The notes under the pieces are model-generated. The model worked only from the letters and a program-made list of their open reading frames with translations, was not told the origin of the DNA and made no database searches. A program made the translations under genes and the position numbers. A stretch of DNA of 53,458 nt, counting the filler, from Perkinsus olseni (taxonomy: Eukaryota): assembly GCA_013115125.1 (NCBI GenBank). It is 3 parts of 3 records of this genome, joined end to end, with 100 filler letters (N's around TTAATTAATTAA, not from the genome) between each part and the next. Parts side by side here need not be neighbours in the genome. Positions count along the whole stretch, not along the records: positions 1 to 17,773 come from JABANN010000633.1; 2 more parts are not named here. One strand, written 5' to 3'. The first letter of the stretch is position 1, and each line of letters opens with the position of its first letter. Shown in pieces: positions 1-9,400 of this stretch.

Positions 1-350
1 GTCCAGCTCCTCCGTAGGGCTCCATGGGCCCTCGAGCCTGATACTGGACAGGTCCAGCTCCTCCGTAGGGCTCGATGGGCCCTCGAGCCTGATGCTGGAC
101 AGGTCCAGCTCCTCCGTAGGGCTCGATGGGCCCTCGAGCCTGATACTGGACAGGTCCAGCTCCTCCGTAGGGCTCGATGGGCCCTCGAGCCTGATACTGG
201 ACAGGTCCAGCTCCTCCGTAGGGCTCGATGGGCCCTCGAGCCTGATGCTGGACAGGTCCAGCTCCTCCGTAGGGCTCGATGGGCCCTTGAGCCTGATGCT
301 GGACAGGCCCAGCTCCTCCGTTGAGCTCGACGGGCCGTCAAGGCTGATGC
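1..350. repeat. 51-bp coding tandem repeat (about 7 copies visible, degenerate copies to ~485)
   Basis: GTCCAGCTCCTCCGTAGGGCTC recurs at 1, 52, 103, 154, 205 and 256, with a variant at 307. Confidence 0.95.
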
Positions 351-534
351 TTGACAAATCTAGGCCATCAGCATCCGGCATTGGGCTCGGTGGCCCATCG
401 AGGCTGATCTCCGACAGATCCAAGCCTTCCGCAGTCGGCGCAGTGGTCGCTGGGCCATCGAGCCTTATGCTACTCCAGTCCAGTTCGCTGGACACAAAAG
501 TAGCAATGACGATGATTCCCTTGAAGGCATACAT
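1..534 (-). CDS. 5' part of a putative secreted protein with 17-aa tandem repeats; runs off the window start
   Basis: ATG at 534 opens a stop-free frame: MYAFKGIIVIATFVSS (hydrophobic leader), then ELDWSSIRLDGP..GLDLSEISLDGP..GLDLSSISLDGP, then (SSPTEELDLSSIRLEGP)n. It is absent from the ORF track because no stop lies inside the window. Confidence 0.8.
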   Translation of the reverse strand, partial: MYAFKGIIVIATFVSSELDWSSIRLDGPATTAPTAEGLDLSEISLDGPPSPMPDADGLDLSSISLDGPSSSTEELGLSSIRLKGPSSPTEELDLSSIRLEGPSSPTEELDLSSIRLEGPSSPTEELDLSSIRLEGPSSPTEELDLSSIRLEGPSSPTEELDLSSIRLEGPWSPTEELD

Positions 535-1115
535 GGTGTGCACAAGTACGAATGCTAAAGCATGGGCCAGATGAGTATATTGAATCTCAACTTGAAATTC
601 TCAAGCACTTGTGAGCGACCGTTAACACGAACTTTCGAAGCCAGAATGCACGTTTCGCGTGAACGGTCGTGAGCGGAAACTAAGTAACGCTAAGACGTCA
701 AGGAGGACGGCGCTCGATTTCCGCCTGGTTGTAGCTGTTCCCTGCTCGAAAGTATTTCTTACCATGTTACCATGTGATGATTAAATCTTTATGTGTTGTT
801 CTGTTCAACAGGATCTGTTCCCAGTTATAACTTAAGATCTGATAATACCGGTTTGGGAATGTCTCTCGATGGCGTCGTGCCATTTTCCAGTTTCATGTCT
901 TATACTGGAATGACACCGCCACCCTCGGCTCCCCTTCACTCTTACACGAAATCTCGCCGGTGGCTGTTCACGGACCAACATTCCCAACAATCGCCGCTTT
1001 TGTCACGATCGATCTCTCGCCGCGGACGAGTCGTCGGCCAATTTCACACCGATCTGATTTGCGTTCGAGTTAACAGTCTCAACCCCGCCCTACTTGATCA
1101 GTTTAATCAGCCTTC

Positions 1116-3101
1116 ATGGACCTCATCAATGGCGAGCCTAGCGCAGCAGGGCTGCAGGAGCAGCCCCTCGATCATACTACTATTAAAATTCGGCCTGTGT
1201 GTGGCCCGATAGATCCGAAGGTTGAAGAGACGGCCAGTGAAAGAGTCAGTAGATTACGTAACGTCATCTCGGAGAGGCTAGGTTCGAAGCGGGAGAATGC
1301 AGGGCTGCGTGTCACCACGCCCCTACTGACTTTCGATAAACTACGTGATGACGTAGGTGGAGAAGGAGAGGGAGGCCTCGTCGTTGAGTTCACAGATCGG
1401 AGAAGGAAGAGTTGCGGGCGGAATACTCTGAGGAAGTTTTTGGACCGTAACAAAGCATTCGGAGTGAGGAGAGGGCCAACACGAGGTGCACGGGGGCGCA
1501 CCACACCGTCCGGACAAAGGCCATCACTGTCTGAGGAAGCCTTGGCGTTTTCTGGTGACGCGAACGTCAGGAACCCGCCGGAGGCTCTTGGGGCGGCGGC
1601 AGAATCGCGCTCTACTACGGCAGACCGTTTCACGCCGTCACTTTCCTGCAGGGGAGCCGAGGACCTGATGACAGCCGATGGAACCACCAGCGGCTGCACT
1701 AGCCAAGGGCGCTTTCCTTTGTTGGGCGTACAGCAGCAGGAGAGCAACTCTTCTGGCGTCAACGGAATACAGCGGTCGAGGAAGCTGAGGCGGAGTATTT
1801 CTGAACCTGACTTGGCGATTCTTCGTGAAGCTGATTATACCGGAGTGGATGAGATGCCGGATGAATGCAACTCCGAGCCTGAGGCCCTCGTCAGAGAAGT
1901 AGGGAGGAGGGGCTGTAATGTGTTCACGCTGCGACAGCACTGGTCTCTTAGACTAGACGTGGCAAGAGGAGGAAAAGGAAGAAGAACAGATTCATAGACG
2001 ATGCCGCGAGCGAGTCGGGATCGGGCGCTTCCGCAGAAGAAGATGATGAGGATGGTGATGATGATGGTACGTCGGAAATCTTTTTTTTTGCCATTCATCG
2101 ATCGAGTACCCTTCCGAGGGTACCTGCACCGGATGGCTCGCCGGTGTGATCGAGGCCCCTAAGTTTACTTCCTAGGTTACCTTTCTGACTTCATAGCGAC
2201 CAGCAGCGAAAGTGATGCCTCGGAGTGTGATCCGCGACTACTGCATCGAAAGTGGGAGGATGATATGGGGGACAGGATGCTCAAGGGTATCTTTCAGAGG
2301 GGTAATAATCAAGGGTCAACCTAAGATACCATTCGCGGCCATCAACCGAATTCAATCAGGAAAAATTTCGCGTCGCCGTCGAGAGAGCAGTTTGGGCGGT
2401 TTGCTGTTCTCGGGACTCCAAAGGGAAAACCACGAGCCTCTGCAGAGACTTGAACGGAGGAGAATAAGAAGACGATCTTGTGAGCTTCGATAGTGGACTC
2501 CTTAGCTTGGCATCTTCCTCTCATCGAAATGGATAACGAAGGCAGGTGTGTCTTTGAACGAAGTGCAGGTATGGAAAGAGGCTCTCGCCAGCTAGGAGCC
2601 CGCCAAAGGTCTGAGGAAGACTGTAATCGGGGGAGAAGAAAGTCTCTGCTGGCTGGGCATCATCAGACGCGTATCCCGAGGTCGAAGCCTGCTGTAGAGA
2701 AAAAGAGACCTGTCGAAGTTACCGAGGGGGCGAGCCTCAGCGTCGGGCCTGTCTCAGAGCCATCAACCCTCCAGGCAGGTACCTCGGCCGTCCAAAGTGA
2801 TCGAACGACCGAGAGCATCACCAGGCGAGTATCTTTGGGGATGCAGGACAGCTCTTCCCGTATAAACCTCACCAGAGCTGTCGGGTAGTCTCAGCGTCTA
2901 CGCGGGGTTTGTGCCTGATGAGTTATTTCGGTGAACAGGTTTGTGAAACGTCGGAGCTCTCGAGGGCGTCCCGCTGGTGGGTTCCTTAGCAGGAAATCTT
3001 TGTCTGGCGATTCCTCGACTCGCCCGAGAATTGGTAATTTCGTTGCCACTACTGGCGTTAGAGCGAAGCAAGGGGTCAAACGCTTCATCTTCGGTGCCTG
3101 A
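1116..3101 (+). CDS. Multi-exon nuclear protein with Mrc1/Claspin-like motifs
   Basis: ORF 1116.. splices (GT ~1899, AG ~1951) into TRRGKRRKRKKNRFIDDAASESGSGASAEEDDEDGDDDG. Later exons read GYLSDFIA..RLLHRKWEDDMGDRMLKGIFQR and GKISRRRR, and the last exon ends KRFIFGA* (TGA 3099-3101). Motif order resembles the MRC1-like domain. Confidence 0.55.
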
Positions 3102-4099
3102 TCCACATGGCGGTTCACTCGATTTTGAGGTTGACGGTGGAGTCCACCGGGCAGACGAACACGTTCTGGGTGAAATAAGTCAAATGAAGCCAATTGGAAT
3201 TCGTGTCCGCTTTTCCCCCATGGCCAGTGCCCGCTGTTATATATTTGCTCCTTTCGATCCATCGATCATCGTTTGCTTCGGAGCAAGCTTTGGCGACCAT
3301 GAAAGCAGGATAATCGCCTGGTCTCTGGTGTGTTGTGAGTCTCGTTGAGTGCCGCGGCGTCTGAGCATTCCTTGGGAAGGTCCTGTCAATAGGGATGATG
3401 GACGAGATGAGCGCCCCCCCACGCTAATTTTTCGCTCCCAAGTGCCACAGCCCGTCCTCGACAAAATTGCTCCCCACGCTACCGAGATCATGGCATGAAT
3501 TCCCGTCTCTCGCCGTTCCCTCCGATATTGATACTACATTAGAAGCGTGTTCGGGGGATCTCGACTTCGTTTGACTAAGTTGGAAAGCGACATGGTGCCC
3601 CCTCACTTCCTGTAATACTCCCGATGCAGCATGCGTACTTGGGAGGTACGCGACGAACATTGATGAGAGCTCACTCGGTTAGCGCACCCTGGCCCCGGGT
3701 CGTGTAGGAAGGCCCGAGCTTTCGCTTTGGACTTCTCAGTTCTGGCGGGTTGCCAACCCGGGGTTTGGCGTGCCTAGTGGGATGGATTGTTGTCTGCTGG
3801 ATTAAGCTCACGTTGGGGCTTCGAGGTCGTCTCGAGCATTACCACATTTTTCTCGCCTGTGATTAGTTAATCAGGTGCTTCTCGTGTCTGTCCTTCCCTT
3901 CTTCCTTCGAGACTCTTGATGGGAAAAGCACGACCGCACAAGAAACTTGCAGCGGAGTTCATAATCTCTTTCGTTGGACTTGAGAGAACAAAAAGCATGT
4001 GGTCCATACACAGCAACGTAACATGATCCTCTAACATCCAGACTCCATTAGCTTGTCCACAGCCGACATGGAGGATACACAACAGCTTGATAAATGCAA

Positions 4100-5037
4100 T
4101 CAAGGGGCCCCAGCGGTCGACACAGGTGCATCTACTTCGTCTTCTCCTGGAATCATAGAAACGTAGGTCTCACGGCCTCTCACGTCACGATTCCATCCCT
4201 GGGCTCCAACAGCTCTGACGGTTGCCTTGGCGACTGTTGAGTACTTCTTGCACAAGTTCGAGAAAATGCGGTATTCCTTCTTCAAAGCTCCCATGAGAGC
4301 CGGACAGAAATCGTTCATAGCCGCAACGACAGCTTGCATTTCGCCCACGTCCAACTGCTTGCCCTCAAGGTAGTCACGAACCTCGTGAACGCGGTTCAAC
4401 ACGTCACCCAAAGCGGAGACGTCGAGGCTCCTGAGTGGGTCTACCCCGGTGTTATCTGGGACGTAGTTGAAGAAGAAATTCTTATTGGGATCGTTGGTGA
4501 ATCCAGTGTAACGTCTGAGGATGCCTGGGGACGGCCCATCACTAAAACAGGCAAACCAAGGTCGGGATGACGATCCCACCTGGCAAAGCCGCAGCCTTAC
4601 AATCGAGCCTCGAATGCCTCTTGTCTACCAATCGTAGGGCAAGCGATGAAAGACGTTGTCAGGCCAACGTCCTCGTGCAAGACAATCTCCAGTCCTCTCC
4701 AACTTTCTTCGTATGGTTCATCGCTACCGTAGCGACAGGTTGGTTCGAGACCGGGCGTACCAGGCGTGACGGATGCCTTTGTCTGGGCGGGGAAGGCCTG
4801 AGAGCAGAACAGCGATGACAAAACCCAATTGACCAATGGACCAATTTCATCGTGATTCTGAAAGCATGATGATGAGCCAAACCCCGCGAGCATGTTTCGT
4901 CTCATTCACCGTGATCGCAGAGGCCTGGTTCGTGTTCTTACGTTAGCGTGTGGGGATAGTGAGCCGAGGGCGTTGCCGAGGTTAGCCGTCATAACAGCCG
5001 CGACTGATGCTCCGATGAAGGTATTCCTAGTCGGCAT
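4100..5037 (-). CDS. Lineage-specific secreted protein, about 4 exons
   Basis: ATG 5037 gives MPTRNTFIGASVAAVMTANLGNALG (signal-like). GT..AG introns join the ORF segments 4597..4905 and 4100..4579. Stop TGA at 4100-4102. Confidence 0.55.
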
Positions 5038-5917
5038 TTGAGGGATTATTCTCAACAATGCAAAAACACATCATCGAGACCGCTGCCTCCAGTCTCCGTG
5101 GGGTCTGTGTGTGAAGTATGTGAAGGCCTGGCCACGAGCAGGAGCCGTTTTGGTGATCAAGCGGGGTAAAAAGCGCCAAGTAGAAGCATAGGAGACGGCG
5201 GAAGTCTATTCTCGCGCGTGTAAAAAGCGCGCATGATGTGAATCGATGTCGGTCTATTTAATCCGCGTCTCCGCCCCGACAATAACAGTGTGACGCTGTG
5301 ACGCGTGTGCGATTTGCTGGGCTAATTGCGGCGATGCAGTCCCGATGCGACTTCACTCCATTTGGTCTTCGTACTGCCGTCAGCCTCTTGCTGAATGGGT
5401 GAATGTGGTAACCGACGGTGATCATGCCCCTCGACCGTCAATGACCTATCTCTAACGAGGTAACAACCAGTCCCAGTATGAACCATACTGTGAAAAAGTC
5501 ACTGTGTGGCAGTGGGCCATCATAGGCCATCAATGACGTTGGGCAAATGTGGTCAACATGAGAGGAGGCTATAGTTACTTGTCTAGCCCCGGTAATGTTC
5601 TTCAAGAGCCTCTCAATAGGGATGGGGCACTTCATAGGGAGCGCATGGGGAGTGCATGGAAGTACATCAATGCGCTTTGCCAAGGGATAGTTTCACCGAT
5701 ATCCGCGTCAATGCTCCGATACAATCACTTGCTTCATCAGCAAATATTGCTTTGGGTCACACGCGACAGCCAGAACGAGGAGCCCAATAGTGATAGTTCG
5801 CAAGTGTACGAGTCGAGGGAATCATTCCGAACCTGATAGTTCATTGGGCGGAAGTTTATTACAGCTCGACGTTGTTGCTGTGTGCTCGCGTTAGCCCGTG
5901 AACTGTAGTCGTAACCA

Positions 5918-6269
5918 TGTTGTGACCATATTGCAAGGTCATATTATTGGCAATAATTTATTGCTTAGCCCCTCCAGTCCAATTTTACCCTCCTTAGAGC
6001 CCCGTCTCAAATAGCCACACCGTACTGAGTTACAGTGGATCCGGCTGAGAGTTGTGCTACCCAGGCCGAGGCTTCGAGCTCCTAACTCGCCCGATTATCC
6101 TCTTACAGAGTAACTCACTGCATTCGTTCGAATCATTTAAGACCGCACTGGACAACCTAGATCCTGATCTTGAGTCCCCTCGGAGGAGAGATTGTCGGGA
6201 ACAATAACCCACTCCTGTCACGGCGCAATGTCCCCTAGATACTAGCGTCACGTCAGCAGCATTCCAACA
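5918..6269 (-). mobile_element. Candidate LTR (352 bp) of an LTR retrotransposon
   Basis: TGTTG...CAACA termini. Minus-strand AATAAA (5957-5962) lies ~40 nt before the 3' end, and TGG (PBS-like) follows immediately. No TSD or second LTR seen. Confidence 0.4.
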
Positions 6270-6619
6270 CTTTGATGGGGTTTTCGGAGGTCGGGCTTGA
6301 GTATGAGCTGAAGACTATCGCTTACTGTAGAGGCAGCCAGGTCTGCTGCAACGGCTTGAGCTGGCGAGCTTTGAGAGAGTTTGGTTACGTACTCCTCGTT
6401 AGTAGAATGCAGACTCACGTGCGCCAACTTGGCGCCGCCAAGCTGCCTCTGCCTTTGCGCTTGCGTGCATGCCTGAAGAGAACGCCACCTTCGTATAGCG
6501 AAAGTCCTTAGATCGTAACGATCGCCTCCAGAAGACGATCTTTACGTTGCATTACGTAGCTCGTAACGTATTCGGACCACTTCAAGATACGAGGAATTCG
6601 GTGGTGCCGGGTAGGTAAA

Positions 6620-8167
6620 ATGGCTGTTCTCAGGCCTATCGTGGTTACTAACCGCTTAATTTCTATGAGTTCTGCTGTCGACGGTGGAAGGCCATCGTCG
6701 AGTTCTCAAGAGGGATCGATTGATACTCGCCTTCGAGGATGCCCCTTATCCACCATCATGAGAGATGGATCCTTTCTTCGCAATGCCGAGAGTCACGTCA
6801 ATGCACACTGTGCATCGGCTCCGGTTAAGTCGATCGACATTTTCTTGAGCCATTCGTGGTCAGCTGATGGCTTTTGGAAACAGATGGCTCTTCTTATCTG
6901 TTGTGGTAGTCCTTCCACTTACGTGGTGATATTGATTTCTTCTTCATTGGGAGCCTACCTTTTCCGCTCCCTTATGCCTTACGAATTGCTTTTTGAAATG
7001 GTCGTGCTCATCCTCGGCTTTGCATCATTCCTACTCAGTCTCTTCATCATCCCGTTATATAAGCATCGTAATACGATGGTATTTCTCGATAAATGTTGTA
7101 TACCACAGAATGACCCCATTGCCAAGTCCTATGGTATATCCAGGCTAGCAGACTATCTTCATGTATCGAACAAGTTATTGATACTCTGGTGGTGTGTCTA
7201 CGAGTTGGCCGTCTTCCTGCGGACTCATAAGAAGGAAGATCTTATCTTGGTTAATATGAACCACCTCAAGCTCTGTGTATCGCTGATGCTCTTGCAGTGG
7301 TTTGGTATTCTCATTCAGCGTCTGGAGGCGTATCTATTCGGGAGTGTTAAGCCAAACATGGTATGCGGGTATGCCTTGGCACTGGCTTCAGCTTTCTCAA
7401 TAGGGCTCGGAGCCTTCCGTTGTGGTGAGGATTGGCAGAAGTCCTCTTTCAGAGTGAAGAGCTTCAGCGTTCGCCGATCTAAGTGTTCATCATTAGCGGA
7501 CTACAACACCCTCAAGGACCGCATCACTGCCATGTATGGCTCTGAGACAAGGTTCGCAGAGGTCGTGAGAGGCCTATGGTTGGGCGAAGGCACCGAGACT
7601 CATATGCCAGGCTGGTTGCTCTGCAGGTCGTCTCTTCGTCTCATGTGCGCACCTTATATCATTTTAGCTGTTGCAAAGGCTGTAAATTCTATCGTCACTA
7701 TTGACCAATGTCCTTTGCCTATGATCCCTCTGCAACCTGCGGTGGCAGTCGGATATTCAACACCTGGGTTCAGCGAGGCTGATCCTCCGTCAAGTAGGGT
7801 ACTCGATTATCCTCTGCCGAGTCATGTGCTCGCAGGGCTCTGGAAATTGCGTTGGTCGATTATTCCAAACATGATGATGGCCCTTCGTGCTCCCTCCATG
7901 TTACTCGTAGGGCACAAACTCGTAACTAGCTGGAAGCCTAACGGGTCTGGACGATGGTGCCTTCGTATCACTTTCGCCATGTGCTTCGCTGCGTACAGTG
8001 GCTTAACGAACACGATATGCGGCTCTCGACTTCTCCACCATCCATTGCACCCAGGCCCGCTGACCGGACAGGTGAATGAGACTCTTCTATGGCTGGGCGG
8101 TTGCATCGCTGTGTCTGTTGTATCCCTGCTTCTACTGAGGTCTTATTCGTATCAACCAGTAAAATAA
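6620..8167 (+). CDS. Intronless multi-pass membrane protein with a TIR-like (TIR_2-type) domain interrupted by TM helices
   Basis: 515-aa ORF. Motifs IDIFLSHSW, VFLDKCCIPQ and LLILW-WCVYELAVF appear in TIR order, with several hydrophobic segments. Confidence 0.75.
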   Translation: MAVLRPIVVTNRLISMSSAVDGGRPSSSSQEGSIDTRLRGCPLSTIMRDGSFLRNAESHVNAHCASAPVKSIDIFLSHSWSADGFWKQMALLICCGSPSTYVVILISSSLGAYLFRSLMPYELLFEMVVLILGFASFLLSLFIIPLYKHRNTMVFLDKCCIPQNDPIAKSYGISRLADYLHVSNKLLILWWCVYELAVFLRTHKKEDLILVNMNHLKLCVSLMLLQWFGILIQRLEAYLFGSVKPNMVCGYALALASAFSIGLGAFRCGEDWQKSSFRVKSFSVRRSKCSSLADYNTLKDRITAMYGSETRFAEVVRGLWLGEGTETHMPGWLLCRSSLRLMCAPYIILAVAKAVNSIVTIDQCPLPMIPLQPAVAVGYSTPGFSEADPPSSRVLDYPLPSHVLAGLWKLRWSIIPNMMMALRAPSMLLVGHKLVTSWKPNGSGRWCLRITFAMCFAAYSGLTNTICGSRLLHHPLHPGPLTGQVNETLLWLGGCIAVSVVSLLLLRSYSYQPVK

Positions 8168-8220
8168 TTTACTTTCTCTCGAGAGTATCAACCAGTGTCA
8201 TGATTAATCGTCTCCGACAG

Positions 8221-8439
8221 GCGCCTCCGTATCACTTTCGCCGTGTGCTTTGCTGCGTACAGTGGCTCGACGTACATGATATGCGGCTATCGACTGTTCG
8301 GCTGTTCGGCCATCCACTGTACCCAGGCCCGGTAGGCGGGCCTGCGAATGAGGGGCTTCTTTGGCTAGTTGGATGCATCTCCGCGTCTGGTGTATCTTTG
8401 CTTTTACTGAGGTCTTATGCGTATCAACCAGTGAAATAG
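8221..8439 (+). pseudogene. Diverged duplicate of the last ~210 nt of the TIR-TM gene, frameshifted
   Basis: Aligns with 7957-8167 (ends LLLRSYAYQPVK* vs LLLRSYSYQPVK*). Preceded by a CAG acceptor. An 8-nt duplication (CTGTTCGG x2, ~8294-8309) shifts the frame. Confidence 0.75.
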
Positions 8440-8782
8440 TGGAGCTTTTTGGTCACTTTTTCACACTATACCAGTCTGCTCCCTTGGAGCCTATCGACCT
8501 GAGCATCAAAGAGCTGCCGCTTTGTTTATGCGGAATAGTGTCGAGTTCCCGGAAGAAGTGCATACATCGTTCCGATGCTTCAATCCCGTGTCCAGCACTC
8601 CGTAACATTCAACCCGCCTTAATGCCGTCGTATCGCGAGCTGCATGGCATTGTGATGGCGATGTGATGTTACCATTCATCTGTTAATACGTTTTTGAAAT
8701 TAACCTCTTCAACATCGTAGCTTGTTTAACCTGGATTGCGCTTGCCTAGTGCTGACAGCGTATCTTATAAGGACACCGTTCT

Positions 8783-8889
8783 GTTGATTGGTCTAGACCA
8801 ATCAACTGGAGAATTACGAATAAACTACGAATTACGTAGAATTTCGTAATTATGAATTACGTACATAATTGGAGACGTCTCCAACTATG
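8783..8889. repeat. Palindrome cluster
   Basis: Perfect 24-bp palindrome GTTGATTGGTCTAGACCAATCAAC (8783-8806), AATTACG repeats in both orientations, and a perfect 16-bp palindrome TTGGAGACGTCTCCAA (8869-8884). Confidence 0.9.
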
Positions 8890-9400
8890 AGAAGACCGCC
8901 AAGTGGGTTCACTTTCCATCGACAACCTCGGCTTGCCAACCCTCCGTAAGCATCAAGTTTGCCCTCAGGACTGAATCATACGAAGAAACATTGAGATGAT
9001 GCCGTAATGGCTCACAGCCGCTGCGTCACAATCGGGCCACAAACGGTTCGCTTCGGGAACAAGCGATATACTCTGTGGTCAATCCTCTCAGTAAGGACCC
9101 CTCTCCGGATCAGCCGCACTTCCCAACATCGATCGACCGTCAGTGTCTTTCTCGCAACTCTCGTCGTAACATACTGATTTGTGTCCTAACTGACGGAGCT
9201 CGATATAATCCTCAGGCTGGAGAGGGAAGTCTTGAGAGGAACAGGAGAAGGAGGAGCTACTGCAGTATAGCAAACTGTACTCGTCCAAGCCCCGGCCGCA
9301 GTACCACTACGAACTGTTCACGACGCAGAATGAGTAGGTTACTGAAACACTGTGTGGCATCGGAAACGCCGAAGGCATGCAACAAGCACAACAATTTCCT

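Noticed and set aside
1-350. 51-bp repeats as a CRISPR array
   Set aside because: There are no unique spacers, the unit is a multiple of 3 inside an open frame, and the context is eukaryotic with no cas genes.
92-574. + strand 160-aa ORF
   Set aside because: Antisense shadow of the minus-strand repeat gene, which has a true ATG and signal-like leader.
2663-3262. Minus-strand frame with an in-frame TGA at 2891-2893 (readthrough or selenocysteine?)
   Set aside because: Better explained as antisense to the spliced + strand Mrc1-like gene. No recognisable protein or SECIS.
3183-3805. Possible small multi-exon + strand gene
   Set aside because: Some plausible splice sites, but no recognisable motif. 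Too weak to call.
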